Positions 10,466 to 20,535 are shown, counted from the stretch's first letter. The stretch: DNA of 64,000 bases from an uncultured Gammaproteobacteria bacterium (GCA_964641245.1 CAZXML010000001.1:45065-109064); one strand, 5' to 3'. Translations and numbers: made by a program. Notes: a model not told the origin generated them from the letters alone.

Positions 10466-13342
10466 TTGTTACTCCAACAACATGCTATGGAAGAAGCCAA
10501 AAAACTTTCATCAGACACGCTTATTGACCCAAAGCTGGTTTCATTAACGAAGTTTTTTTCGGAAGCAATAAGCATTCTAGTTGTTTTGGTTGGAGCCCTG
10601 AATTTGATTGGTTGGAAATTTAATCTGGCGGTTTTAAAGAGTGTTTCCGCCGGCTTTGTTACCATGAAACCAAATACGGCTATTGGCCTGATTTTTTTGG
10701 GCGCTTCCTTGTGGTTTTTGCAGGAAAAACGATTAAAACATTGGGCGCGATATTTTGGTTATGGAAGCGCGATCGTGGCTATACTCATTGGCGCGATGGT
10801 AATTTTCCAATATTTTTTGGGTTTTAATTTGGGTATTGACAATTTATTTTTCACAGAAACCGCGCCAGCCTTGTTTACCACTTTTCCCGGCCGCATGGCT
10901 TTAAACACCGCTTTTATTCTTGTTTTTCTCGGCGTTTCTTTGTTGTCTTTTAATATAAAAACCAAGCGCGATTTGTGTTTATGTTCGCTTACGGCCATAT
11001 TGAGCGGAGCGGCGGCCTTGTTTGTTATTCTCGGTTATTTGCATGATCTCTCGGATTTTTATTTTGCCGGGGTGTTTTATACACTCATGGCTTTGCATAC
11101 AGCTATCAGTTTTTTCCTCATTAGCTTGGGGATTTTACTTGCGCGTCCGGAAAGCAGATTAATCAAAATTTTTACGCGCAATGATTCAATTGGTATCACC
11201 GTCCGCCGCATACTGCCACTGGTTTTTATTGTATCTTTGGTCGTAGGGAAGCTGGAATGGTTTGGTCTTTATTTTAATTTATATAACAGAGATTTTGGAC
11301 ATGCGCTGGTTAGCATCGTTTCAATCACGATTTTAGTGTCGTTGGTGTGGTGGAACGCAGTCAAAATGACGCAGAAAGAAGAACAGCGCGCGCAAACCCA
11401 AGAATTGTTGATAAAGTCAACAGAAGAAGTAAGAAGGCTGGGTTTCTTGATAGAACACACAGCGGAAGCGGTCGCGTTAGTTGATTTTGAGGGGGGTAAT
11501 GTCTTGCGTTATGTTAATCATGCCTGGGAGAAATTATTTGGCTTTAGCAAGCAGGAGGCGGTGAATAAAAAAGAACCTCTGATTATTGAGGCGGCCAAAC
11601 GTGATCCGACTTTAAATAAAAAACTCAAAGACTGCATTGCTTCGCATACGCCGTTTCAGGCGGAGATGGAATGGAGAAGAAAAGACGGCGCTTTAATTCC
11701 GGTAGAAGTGTTTTCTTCGTCCAGCCGAGATGTTCTTACTGGCAAATATATTTGGCTTAACACTATTCATGATATCTCCGCGCGCAAAAAAGCCGAGAAA
11801 GAAAAAATAATTATAGATCAATCGTTGCGCCGGAGCGAGGAAAGTTTGAAAAATGCTCAGCGCATATCCCATCTTGGTAATTGGGAGTGGGATATTTCAA
11901 CTAATGACGTTTTTTGGTCTGATGAAGTATATCGTATTTATGGGTATAAACCGGGCGAGATTCAACCGAATTTTGATGTTGTTTTGCGCGCCATGTCTCC
12001 CGAAAGCATTGAGGCGTTTAAACAAGGCTTGGATGATGCTATTAAAGGAAAAAAACCGTTTGAAATGGATTATGAATTATTTCGGAAAGATGGGTCAAAG
12101 GCGGTACTGCATACTATTGGCGCGGTGATTTATGACCAAAATAAAGCGCCGTTGCATATGACAGGCACTGTTCTCGATATTACCGCGCATAAAAAAGCCG
12201 AGGAAGAAATTAAAAAAGAGCAATTAAAATCAGCGGCTTTAGCCGGTGAGCTGGAAAAGTTTAAGCTGGCCGTAGACGGCGCGAACGAGCATATTATAAT
12301 TACCGATGCGGAGGGTGGTGTTATTTACGCCAATAAAGCGGTAGAAACCATTACCGGTTTTTCGCCGGCCGAAGTATTGGGGAAAAAACCCGGAAAAATC
12401 TGGGGCGGGCACATGTCGATAGAGTTTTATAAAAAAATGTGGCATAGGATTAAAATCGAAAAGAAAGGCTTTATCGGCGAGGTAAACAATTATAAGAAAA
12501 ACAGCACTCCTTATGTCGCGTCATTAAATATAACGCCGATACTGGATAAAAATGGCGCGGTAGAATTTTTTGTCGGCATAGAACGGGATATTACTAAAGA
12601 AAAAAAGGTGGAAGAAATGAAGAATGATTTTATTTCTTTTGTTTCGCACCAATTGCGTACCCCGCTTACGGTTATGCGCTGGAACGCAGAAATGTTGCTG
12701 AGCGCGGATGCCGGGAAATTAAATCGCGAACAGAAACGATATATTGCGGAAATAGACCGTGGCGAACAAAGAATGGCTCTTTTAATAAACTCTCTGCTCA
12801 ATATTTCTCGTCTGGAATCTGGGCGATTAAAAATAAATCCCAAGCCGGTTGATTTGGAGGAATTTATCGGCAATATAGTAGCGGAAGATACTCCTTATGC
12901 CACCGCTAAAAATTGTACCATCATATTTACCAAGCCTAAAAAGAAATTGCCGCCGGTAAAGATAGACGAAATGCTAACCAAGGAGGTAATTTCCAACCTG
13001 CTAAATAACGCGATCCGGTATTCACAAACCAAAAAATGTGATATAAATGTATCGTTGGAGATAAGCGGGGAATTTTATCAGATAAATATAGTCGACCATG
13101 GTATTGGCATCCCCATAGACGTGCAGAATAAGATTTTTACTAAATTTTACCGCGCCGATAACGCCGTTAAGGTGGAAACCGAGGGAACCGGTCTGGGGCT
13201 TTACATGACAAAATTAATCGTAGAAACAGGCGGTGGAAAAATATGGTTCGAATCCACCGAAGGCAAAGGCAGCGCGTTTCATTTTACCATTTCTAAGGCC
13301 GGAATGCGGGAGGTGAAAGGAGAAAAAGAACTTTCTATTTAA
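10466..13342 (+). CDS. Sensor histidine kinase with a multi-TM N-terminus, three PAS domains, HisKA and HATPase_c
   Basis: H-box FISFVSHQLRTPLTVM, N-box NLLNNAIRYS, G-boxes DHGIGIP and GTGLGLYMTK. PAS-like segments are at about aa 330-700. Confidence 0.85.
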   Translation: MLLQQHAMEEAKKLSSDTLIDPKLVSLTKFFSEAISILVVLVGALNLIGWKFNLAVLKSVSAGFVTMKPNTAIGLIFLGASLWFLQEKRLKHWARYFGYGSAIVAILIGAMVIFQYFLGFNLGIDNLFFTETAPALFTTFPGRMALNTAFILVFLGVSLLSFNIKTKRDLCLCSLTAILSGAAALFVILGYLHDLSDFYFAGVFYTLMALHTAISFFLISLGILLARPESRLIKIFTRNDSIGITVRRILPLVFIVSLVVGKLEWFGLYFNLYNRDFGHALVSIVSITILVSLVWWNAVKMTQKEEQRAQTQELLIKSTEEVRRLGFLIEHTAEAVALVDFEGGNVLRYVNHAWEKLFGFSKQEAVNKKEPLIIEAAKRDPTLNKKLKDCIASHTPFQAEMEWRRKDGALIPVEVFSSSSRDVLTGKYIWLNTIHDISARKKAEKEKIIIDQSLRRSEESLKNAQRISHLGNWEWDISTNDVFWSDEVYRIYGYKPGEIQPNFDVVLRAMSPESIEAFKQGLDDAIKGKKPFEMDYELFRKDGSKAVLHTIGAVIYDQNKAPLHMTGTVLDITAHKKAEEEIKKEQLKSAALAGELEKFKLAVDGANEHIIITDAEGGVIYANKAVETITGFSPAEVLGKKPGKIWGGHMSIEFYKKMWHRIKIEKKGFIGEVNNYKKNSTPYVASLNITPILDKNGAVEFFVGIERDITKEKKVEEMKNDFISFVSHQLRTPLTVMRWNAEMLLSADAGKLNREQKRYIAEIDRGEQRMALLINSLLNISRLESGRLKINPKPVDLEEFIGNIVAEDTPYATAKNCTIIFTKPKKKLPPVKIDEMLTKEVISNLLNNAIRYSQTKKCDINVSLEISGEFYQINIVDHGIGIPIDVQNKIFTKFYRADNAVKVETEGTGLGLYMTKLIVETGGGKIWFESTEGKGSAFHFTISKAGMREVKGEKELSI

Positions 13343-13357
13343 TTTAATTCATTCATT

Positions 13358-13741
13358 TTGAATATGCCGAGCGCCAGAAACACAATTCTTATCGTGGAGG
13401 ACGATTTGGACCTGCTGGAGGTTTTAAGAAAAAAATTTATCATGGAGAAATTTGAGGTATTACAAGCCCCGGACGGAAAAATTGGTTTGGAGGAAGCGTT
13501 GCGCAGTCATCCGGATTTAATTTTGTTGGATATTATAATGCCGATTATGGATGGGATGACTATGTTGGCCAAATTGCGCCAGGATTCCTGGGGGAAAAAT
13601 GTATCGGTAATATTGCTGACAAACCTAAGTGATGAAAGCAAAGTGGCCGAGGGGCTGAAACACGGAGTATACGACTATCTGGTTAAGGCCGATTGGAATA
13701 TTGGTGATGTGGTAAAAAAAGTTAAAGCCAGACTTAAATAA
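13358..13741 (+). CDS. Stand-alone response-regulator receiver protein
   Basis: ILIVEDDLDLLEVL...ILLDIIMPIMDGM...ILLTNL. 127 aa, receiver only. Confidence 0.8.
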   Translation: MNMPSARNTILIVEDDLDLLEVLRKKFIMEKFEVLQAPDGKIGLEEALRSHPDLILLDIIMPIMDGMTMLAKLRQDSWGKNVSVILLTNLSDESKVAEGLKHGVYDYLVKADWNIGDVVKKVKARLK

Positions 13742-13742
13742 C

Positions 13743-14660
13743 ATGTCCATTATCGGTCACAAAAAAGTCATTTCTTTTTTTGATAAAGTGATAGCCAATA
13801 ACGCGCTAGCGCAGTCTTATTGTTTTGTGGGAAGTGATGGGACCGGAAAAAAAACAACCGCCAGATATCTGGCGGCGCAGGTGCTTAAGGTGTCGGACAA
13901 ACAACTGGATACGCATCCTGATTTTTATTTTATCTCCAGGCAAGTAGATGAAAAAACGGAAAAATTAAAAAAAGACATCAGCGCTTTGCAGGCCAGGCAA
14001 ATAAAAGAAAAATTGGGCCGTAAATCCTGGTTTGGCGGGTATCAGGTAATAATAATAGACGAAGCCGAATTGTTAAACGAAGAATCGGGGAATGCCTTGT
14101 TAAAAAATTTGGAAGAAGCCGGCGGGCAGAGAGTCTTTTTTTTATTAACATCGGACGACAGCGCATTACTACCCACCATCCGCTCCCGCTGTCAGATGTT
14201 TTATTTTTCTTTGGTTAATGAAAATGAAATCGAAGCCGGCCTTATAAAATTAGGTTACAGCCAAGCGTTATCCGCCGAATCAGCCAAAATATCCTGGGGC
14301 AGGCCCGGGCGCGCCATAATGCTGGCCGGTAGCGAAGAATCAAGAAAAAATTTTAACGCCGAAATAGAACGCTGGCAAAAAATAGAAAATGCCCCGTTTT
14401 ATCAAAAAATAAAAGCGGTTGAAGATTTATTCAATGAAAAGGTGGATAACCTTCGCACCAGTGAAAAAATATCCAACGCCTTAGAAACCTGGACCGTATT
14501 GTGGAGAGCCCGGATTTTGGATACAATGAATGCAGGAGGCGGAGGCGCTTCATTATCGCAAATGGCCTCGCTGATAGATAGTTTTAAAAAAGCGCAAATT
14601 TTATTATCCCAAAACATGAACCCGCGTTTGGTTGTTGAAGAGATATTATTAAAAATTTGA
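13743..14660 (+). CDS. holB: DNA polymerase III delta-prime subunit (clamp-loader AAA+)
   Basis: P-loop-like GSDGTGKKTTA, Walker B IIIDEAELL, and a sensor SRC motif (TIRSRCQ). Confidence 0.75.
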   Translation: MSIIGHKKVISFFDKVIANNALAQSYCFVGSDGTGKKTTARYLAAQVLKVSDKQLDTHPDFYFISRQVDEKTEKLKKDISALQARQIKEKLGRKSWFGGYQVIIIDEAELLNEESGNALLKNLEEAGGQRVFFLLTSDDSALLPTIRSRCQMFYFSLVNENEIEAGLIKLGYSQALSAESAKISWGRPGRAIMLAGSEESRKNFNAEIERWQKIENAPFYQKIKAVEDLFNEKVDNLRTSEKISNALETWTVLWRARILDTMNAGGGGASLSQMASLIDSFKKAQILLSQNMNPRLVVEEILLKI

Positions 14661-14663
14661 TAG

Positions 14664-14745
14664 GTATTAAGTATTATGTATCAAGTATTATGCGGTTGTT
14701 TGTCCGTACGATACTTAATACCTAATACTTAATACGTAATACTTA
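14664..14745. repeat. Family-F AT-rich palindrome (GTATTAAGTATTATG...TACTTAATAC)
   Basis: Long imperfect inverted repeat. A related copy lies at 32037-32123. Confidence 0.6.
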
Positions 14746-14749
14746 TTCT

Positions 14750-15829
14750 ATGTCCAAAAAAATCCATCTCCTGCTCGGCCTATTGTCCGCGCTGGTCCTC
14801 ACCGGCGCCGGCTGTATTCAGTTTACAAATTCCGCGCAGGGGCCAATGGGGGTTTTCCGGTCAGCTGATGCCGGTGAAACCTGGGCGTCAAAATCTGTTT
14901 TGCTTAGCGCGCAGGGAGTAAAAAGCCTGGCCGGAGCCAAAGTTTACAAAATTTTTACCGACCCCGGCGACCCCAAAGCCTTGTATATGGGCACACGCGG
15001 CCAAGGTTTGTATTATAGCTACGATAACGGCGATACCTGGCAGGGCACAGCGGTAATGGCCGGCAAGTACATTTACGCTTTAGCCGTAGACCCGCGCGAT
15101 AAGTGCGTTATTTATGTCAGCGATGGCCAGCATATTTATAAAACATCGGATTGCCAAAGAACTTGGGATTTATTATTCAGCGAAGAGCGAACCACGCAAA
15201 GATTTGTGGCTTTGGCCGTAGATAACAGCGATTCAAAAATAATTTATGGCGCGGAATTGGGCGGAGATATTTTCCGCAGTAAAGACGGCGGGCAAAGCTG
15301 GCGTATTATTAAACGCTTTGGTTTTGAAATGCGCCATTTAGCTGTAGATCCGTTAAGCGCGCACCGTTTGTTTGCCGCCGCGTACAACCAAGGTCTATTC
15401 CGTTCCGATGACGGCGGAGAAACCTGGGTTAGTGCCACCGACGGCTTTCAAAATTTCAACGACAGCTTTACTTTTAACCGTTTTGTCTTAAACCCATCTC
15501 AAAAAGACAGTATATTCTGGATTTCCAAATATGGCATCCTGCGTTCCGACAACGCCGGCGCTTCCTGGACAGATATCAAACTACTCACTCCGCCCGGCAG
15601 TGTAAATATTTATGGCTTTGCCATCAACCCAAAAAATCCGCTTGAAATGTATTACACCGGCACAATCCTAGGAGATAAAAATGAAAACGTCCGCAGTACT
15701 CTGTACAAATCCGTAGACGGCGGAGTAAACTGGGTCACAAGAAAACTCCCGTCTAACACCATACCGGTAGATATGCTTACCAGCCGAGAAAACGGCAAGA
15801 TGTTGTTTTTAGGATTCACGACGTTGTAA
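14750..15829 (+). CDS. BNR/Asp-box repeat beta-propeller lipoprotein
   Basis: Lipobox LTGAGC after a signal peptide. Seven S-x-D-x-G-x-T/S-W repeats (SADAGETW, YDNGDTW, SKDGGQSW, SDDGGETW, SDNAGASW, SVDGGVNW). Confidence 0.7.
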   Translation: MSKKIHLLLGLLSALVLTGAGCIQFTNSAQGPMGVFRSADAGETWASKSVLLSAQGVKSLAGAKVYKIFTDPGDPKALYMGTRGQGLYYSYDNGDTWQGTAVMAGKYIYALAVDPRDKCVIYVSDGQHIYKTSDCQRTWDLLFSEERTTQRFVALAVDNSDSKIIYGAELGGDIFRSKDGGQSWRIIKRFGFEMRHLAVDPLSAHRLFAAAYNQGLFRSDDGGETWVSATDGFQNFNDSFTFNRFVLNPSQKDSIFWISKYGILRSDNAGASWTDIKLLTPPGSVNIYGFAINPKNPLEMYYTGTILGDKNENVRSTLYKSVDGGVNWVTRKLPSNTIPVDMLTSRENGKMLFLGFTTL

Positions 15830-15856
15830 AAGTATTAAGTATTAATTTATTTCAAT

Positions 15857-15928
15857 TGTCATTCTGAGCATAGCGAAGAATCCCTCTCGTTTATGTGTAA
15901 GGGATCCTTCACTTCGTTCAGGATGACA
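15857..15928. repeat. Family-A miniature palindromic element (variant)
   Basis: TGTCATTCTGAGCATAGCGAAGAATCCCTC...GGGATCCTTCACTTCGTTCAGGATGACA. Confidence 0.8.
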
Positions 15929-15938
15929 GAAAAATCGT

Positions 15939-16487
15939 ATGAACATCACAGACTTTAAAAGCGACTTCGACTCCGCCATTTCATTCTTCAAAGAAGACAT
16001 TTCCGGATTAAGAACCGGCCGGGCGTCGGCGGCGATAGTTGAAGACATAATGGTAGAAGCCTACGGCACGCACCAAACCCTAAAATCTTTGGCCTCAATT
16101 AATATCCCCGATGCCAAAACCGTAAATATTGACCCTTGGGATAAGAGTGTTTTGTCGGCCGTAGAAAAAGCTATCCGTGATTCCGGTTTGGGTTTAAATC
16201 CGGTAAATACGGGCAGTCAGATTCGCTTAGCCATGCCGGAACTAACCAGCGAACGCCGGAATGAGTTAATAAAAATTTTACATCAAAAAGAAGAAGGCGC
16301 CCGGATTGCCCTTCGTAAAACCAGAGAGGAAGTAAAAGAAATGATAAAATCCGCCGAAGCAGACGGTGAAGTTACCGAAGATGAAAAATACCGTTTGCAG
16401 GAAGATCTGGAAAAATTGGTAAAAGAATACAACGATAAAGTTAAAGATATTGTGGTAAAGAAAGAAGGGGAGATAAATACGATATAG
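15939..16487 (+). CDS. frr: Ribosome recycling factor
   Basis: 182 aa. Its length and the conserved RRF pattern (RTGRASAAIVEDIMVEAYG...IPDAKT...LAMPELTSERR) fit RRF. Confidence 0.85.
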   Translation: MNITDFKSDFDSAISFFKEDISGLRTGRASAAIVEDIMVEAYGTHQTLKSLASINIPDAKTVNIDPWDKSVLSAVEKAIRDSGLGLNPVNTGSQIRLAMPELTSERRNELIKILHQKEEGARIALRKTREEVKEMIKSAEADGEVTEDEKYRLQEDLEKLVKEYNDKVKDIVVKKEGEINTI

Positions 16488-16491
16488 AAGT

Positions 16492-17352
16492 ATGCAGCAA
16501 GAACATTTGAAGCGTTTAGCTAAAACTTTAGATGATATCCGGCATCAAAATGGTGTTGAGTCTTGGTATGCGCGAGAGCTGTACCCGCTATTGGGCTATG
16601 TCCGTTGGGAGAACTTTGAAACCGCTATAAACAGAGCAAAAGACTCGTGTCTGAAGACCGGCGCAAATGTTGAAGATCATTTTCGTGAGGTCACGAAAAC
16701 GATAGAAATGCCTAAGGGGGCAAGCAAAGAAGTGGTAGATATCAAACTTACCCGATACGCCTGCTATTTGGTTACACTCAACGGAGATCCCAAAAAAGAA
16801 GCCATTGCGTTTGCCCAGGCGTATTTTGTCACCCAGACCAGAACTGTTGAATTATTACAACAACGAATGGCCGAGCTGGAAAGAATTGACGCCAGAGAAA
16901 AATTAAAAATTACTGAAAAGGAGTTTAGCGATATGGCGTTTAGCAGAGGTGTTGATAGTAAGGGTATTGGAGAAATACGCTCTAAGGGCGATAAAGCTCT
17001 TTTTGGCGGAAGAACAACCGACGAAATGAAGCAAAAATTAGGGGTTCAACTCAAGAAGCCTCTGGCGGATTATTTGCCGAATGTAACACTGAAAGCAAAA
17101 GATTTAGCCACCGCGATGACTATAGAAAAAACGAGGCAGAATAATCTTTCGGGAAAAAATCAGATACGGGATGAGCACGTTAATAATAATAGAAATGTCC
17201 GCGGCGCCTTAACAAAAACCGGTATTTTCCCGGAGAGTTTGCCGGTCGCGGAAGACATAAAGAAAATTGAAGCCAGACATCGGAAAGAAACAAAAGCCTT
17301 GCAAAAAAAACAGCGCGATGAGTTAGGCAGGGCAGCGAAAAAGTTGGCTTAA
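16492..17352 (+). CDS. DinD / Bro-N-like DNA-damage-inducible protein D family protein
   Basis: The N-terminal ~120 aa carry WYARELYPLLGY..WENF and LTRYACYLV.LNGDP motifs, recalled from DinD-type proteins. The C-terminus is charged and coiled. Confidence 0.45.
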   Translation: MQQEHLKRLAKTLDDIRHQNGVESWYARELYPLLGYVRWENFETAINRAKDSCLKTGANVEDHFREVTKTIEMPKGASKEVVDIKLTRYACYLVTLNGDPKKEAIAFAQAYFVTQTRTVELLQQRMAELERIDAREKLKITEKEFSDMAFSRGVDSKGIGEIRSKGDKALFGGRTTDEMKQKLGVQLKKPLADYLPNVTLKAKDLATAMTIEKTRQNNLSGKNQIRDEHVNNNRNVRGALTKTGIFPESLPVAEDIKKIEARHRKETKALQKKQRDELGRAAKKLA

Positions 17353-17389
17353 TCTAGTTGACGTAAATAGCAAAATTAAGATATAATTA

Positions 17390-17412
17390 AGGCCTGTAAA
17401 GGCCTTTTTTGT
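17390..17412 (+). terminator. Rho-independent terminator
   Basis: AGGCCTGTAAAGGCCT hairpin followed by a T6 run. Confidence 0.6.
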
Positions 17413-17424
17413 TTATTAATTTTT

Positions 17425-17433
17425 TGGTATAAT
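17425..17433 (+). promoter_or_regulatory. Extended -10 promoter element (TGGTATAAT) upstream of glyS
   Basis: Matches TGnTATAAT about 150 nt upstream of the glyS start. Confidence 0.35.
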
Positions 17434-17579
17434 TACTAATAAAAAAAGTCTGGCAGGTAGTTTGTCGTGGGGACTCTTTGCCGTGGGACAAGCCCGTGGC
17501 TGAAGGGAAAATTCCCAGTTGACTCGCTACCGTGCCAGAACGCAGTAGTATATCAGATTTTAAGTATATTGTCAATGTT

Positions 17580-18992
17580 ATGTCAGATAATAACGAAAAA
17601 ATGGACAAAATCATTTCTCTGGCCAAACGACGCGGTTTTGTGTTTCCGGGTTCGGAAATCTATGGCGGTTTGGCTAATAGTTGGGATTATGGGCCGTTGG
17701 GGCATCTGCTTAAGCAAAACATTAAAAACGCCTGGTGGAAGTTTTTTGTGCAGGAAAGAGGGGATATGGTGCCGTTAGATACGGCCATTATTATGAACCC
17801 AAAGGTTTGGGAGGCGTCCGGGCATTTGCAAAATTTTAGCGATGAACTGGTGGAATGCAAGAAATGCCATCACCGGTTTAGGGCCGACCATTTACTGGAA
17901 GCCGAAAGCGCCAAGCCGGGTTACGACAAAGAAGCCCCTAGAGTTCTGCCACCGCCCGCGGGCGGGGTGCCGCCTCATGGCGGCAAATTAAAATGCCCTG
18001 ATTGCGACGGCGGGCTTACTGAACCAAAACAATTCAATTTAATGTTTAAAACCTATTTGGGAGTAAACGAAGATACTTCCACCACGGCCTATTTGCGTCC
18101 GGAAACCGCGGCCGGTATGTTTGTTAATTTCAAAAATATTTTAAATGTTACCCGACGCCGTTTGCCTTTTGGTATTGCCCAAATCGGCAAAAATTTCCGC
18201 AACGAAATCACGCCGGGAAATTTTATTTTCCGCACCCGTGAATTCGAAATCGGGGAGTTTGAATATTTTATCAACCCAAAAGACTGGGAAAAAGTTTTTG
18301 AAATGTGGTTGAAAGAAATAAAACGCTGGTGGCAGGATGTTATGCAAATAGACATGGACAATCTGGTCTGGCACGAAATTCCGGAAGGCGAACGCGCTCA
18401 CTACAGCAAACGCACGGTAGATATAGAATACAAATATCCGTTTGGCGTTAAAGAACTGCACGGCATTGCCTACCGCACGGATTTTGATTTATCCCGCCAC
18501 GAAACCGTCAGCGGTCAGGATATGCATTACACCGATTTAGAAACAAACGAAAAATTCATTCCGCATGTAATAGAACCGACTTTTGGCATCGACCGTATGC
18601 TGTTGGTGTGTTTGCTGGAGGCGTATCACGAAGAAGCGGCTCCGACCACTGTTGAGGGAGAATCCGAAGCACGTATCGTCATGAAATTCCCGAAACACCT
18701 CGCTCCAATTCAGGTTGCCGTGTTGCCGTTATCCAAAAAAGAAGAATTATCCAATGTTGCCAAAGATTTAGCAGACAGTTTGCGCAAAGATTTTTCTGTG
18801 GAATATGACGAAACCCAAAGCATCGGCAAACGCTATCGCCGGCAAGATGAAATCGGTACACCGTATTGTATAACAGTAGATTTTGAATCGTTAGAGGACA
18901 AAAAAGTGACAGTGAGGGATAGGGATACGATGGAACAAGAAAGGGTTGAGATGGTGGGGTTAGGGGAGTACTTGAGAAATAAATTTATTTAG
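17580..18992 (+). CDS. glyQS: Glycyl-tRNA synthetase (class II, alpha2 type) carrying a 13-aa in-frame hairpin-element insertion
   Basis: LAKRRGFVFPGSEIYGGL...WDYGPLG, motif 2/3 region and the anticodon-binding C-terminus are present. The start is probably the ATG at 17580 or 17601. The insertion LPPPAGGVPPHGG maps to nt 17946-17984. Confidence 0.85.
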   Translation: MSDNNEKMDKIISLAKRRGFVFPGSEIYGGLANSWDYGPLGHLLKQNIKNAWWKFFVQERGDMVPLDTAIIMNPKVWEASGHLQNFSDELVECKKCHHRFRADHLLEAESAKPGYDKEAPRVLPPPAGGVPPHGGKLKCPDCDGGLTEPKQFNLMFKTYLGVNEDTSTTAYLRPETAAGMFVNFKNILNVTRRRLPFGIAQIGKNFRNEITPGNFIFRTREFEIGEFEYFINPKDWEKVFEMWLKEIKRWWQDVMQIDMDNLVWHEIPEGERAHYSKRTVDIEYKYPFGVKELHGIAYRTDFDLSRHETVSGQDMHYTDLETNEKFIPHVIEPTFGIDRMLLVCLLEAYHEEAAPTTVEGESEARIVMKFPKHLAPIQVAVLPLSKKEELSNVAKDLADSLRKDFSVEYDETQSIGKRYRRQDEIGTPYCITVDFESLEDKKVTVRDRDTMEQERVEMVGLGEYLRNKFI

Positions 18993-19003
18993 CGTTTTTT
19001 AAC

Positions 19004-19087
19004 TGTCATTCTGAGCAAAGCGAAGAATCTCTGTCTGGTTGGTAAAAACAATACTGACAGAGATCCTTCACTGCGTTCAGGATGACA
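19004..19087. repeat. Family-A miniature palindromic element
   Basis: Canonical copy. It overlaps the annotated ORF start, so the real peptidase start is downstream. Confidence 0.85.
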
Positions 19088-19099
19088 ATAATAAAGTGT

Positions 19100-20383
19100 A
19101 TGCACAAAATTTCAAAGTTAAAAAACGGCATCAATCTTATCAAAATTCCTTTAAAAGGAAGCAAAGCCCTCACCGTCATGGCCATGTTTCCGGTTGGTTC
19201 GCGTTATGAAGACAAAAAACTTTCCGGCGCTTCGCATTTTGTGGAACACATGATGTTTAAGGGCACCAAAAAACGCCCCACTCATTTAGAAATTTCCCGC
19301 GAACTGGATTCCTTGGGCGCCGAATACAACGCCTTCACTTCCAAAGATTATACCGGTTATTATGTAAAAACCGGAGAAGTTAATACCGAAAAAGCTTTTG
19401 ACTGGCTGGCCGATATTATTTTTAATTCCAAAATGGACGCGGAGGAAATCGCCAAAGAAAAAGGTGTGATTGTGGAAGAATTACGGATGTATGAAGACAA
19501 TCCGTTGATGGCTGTAGATACTTTGTTTGAAAAAGCCATGTTTGGCGATCATCCGCTGGGCTGGGATGTGGGCGGTACCCCGGAAACCGTAAACGGTTTA
19601 AGCCGGGCTGATTTGTGGAATTATTATCAAAATTATTATTTACCCAGCAACATGGTTTTAATCGTGGCCGGCAATCTTAATGAAAAAAAACTGGCAAAAT
19701 CATTAAAACTTTTTGCGGCAGACAGGGCAAAAGATAGAAAGCATGATTTAAAAGCAAATTTTACCAAGTTTGTCTGGCCAAAAACCATTTTACCTTTGGA
19801 AAACAGAGTGGTAGTCTCCGAAAAAAAACTGGACCAGGCGCAGGTAATTCTTGGCTTTCCCGGGCTACATTATAATGACCCCGACCGTTTTGCCGCTTCG
19901 GTGTTATTCAATATTTTAGGCGGAGGCATGAGTTCCAGATTATTTGTGGAAGTGCGCGAAAAACGCGGCTTGGCCTATATGGTCAATGCCGGCGCCGGTT
20001 CATTCCGCGATGTCGGAGTGGCTAGTATTCAAGCCGGTTTGGATCCTTCCCGGCTAGCCGACGCTCTTAAAGTTATAAAAGACGAATTAATAAAAATAAC
20101 AAAAGAACCGGTTTCAGCTAAAGAATTATTGGATTCAAAAAATAATATTGCCGGACGAACCGAACTGGCCATGGAAGATTCCAGCGCGCAAGCTCAATGG
20201 TTTGCCAAACAATTTTGGTTTGCCAACAAAATAGAATCATACGACGAAGTGGTAAAACAAATTAAGCGCGTGACGGTCGCGGATGTAAAAAAGCTGGCCA
20301 AAAAATTATTTGATTTAAATCAAATGCGCGTGGCCGTAATCGGCCCGATGAGCAGAGAAAAAGTTTTGGATTTACTAAAGTAA
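19100..20383 (+). CDS. M16 (pitrilysin/insulinase) family zinc peptidase
   Basis: Inverted zinc motif HFVEHMMFKGT (HxxEH). About 430 aa with a two-domain M16 architecture. Confidence 0.75.
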   Translation: MHKISKLKNGINLIKIPLKGSKALTVMAMFPVGSRYEDKKLSGASHFVEHMMFKGTKKRPTHLEISRELDSLGAEYNAFTSKDYTGYYVKTGEVNTEKAFDWLADIIFNSKMDAEEIAKEKGVIVEELRMYEDNPLMAVDTLFEKAMFGDHPLGWDVGGTPETVNGLSRADLWNYYQNYYLPSNMVLIVAGNLNEKKLAKSLKLFAADRAKDRKHDLKANFTKFVWPKTILPLENRVVVSEKKLDQAQVILGFPGLHYNDPDRFAASVLFNILGGGMSSRLFVEVREKRGLAYMVNAGAGSFRDVGVASIQAGLDPSRLADALKVIKDELIKITKEPVSAKELLDSKNNIAGRTELAMEDSSAQAQWFAKQFWFANKIESYDEVVKQIKRVTVADVKKLAKKLFDLNQMRVAVIGPMSREKVLDLLK

Positions 20384-20393
20384 CCTATATTTC

Positions 20394-20524
20394 TGTCATC
20401 CCCCCGACCCATTAATTGTCATTCTGAGCAAAGCGAAGAATCTCTGTCCGTTCGGCGATTGAGACAGAGATCCTTCACTGCGTTCAGGATGACAGTTGGC
20501 GCAAGACTCGCTCGGAATGACAAA
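20394..20524. repeat. Cluster of a TGTCATCC fragment, a family-A element and a partial GAATGACA terminus
   Basis: CTGTCATCCCCCCGACC, then the full A element 20417-20494, then CTCGGAATGACA. Confidence 0.75.
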
Positions 20525-20535
20525 CGCACAAACAT

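Noticed and set aside
17434-17579. T-box riboswitch upstream of glyS
   Set aside because: The leader is too short (~140 nt) and lacks the conserved T-box sequence and an obvious specifier-loop GGC in a Stem-I context. Retained only as an unspecified leader in the findings.
17467-17778. 103-aa ORF overlapping the glyS start region and the 17387-17626 minus-strand ORF
   Set aside because: It overlaps the promoter, leader and 5' end of glyS in other frames and has a low-complexity composition.
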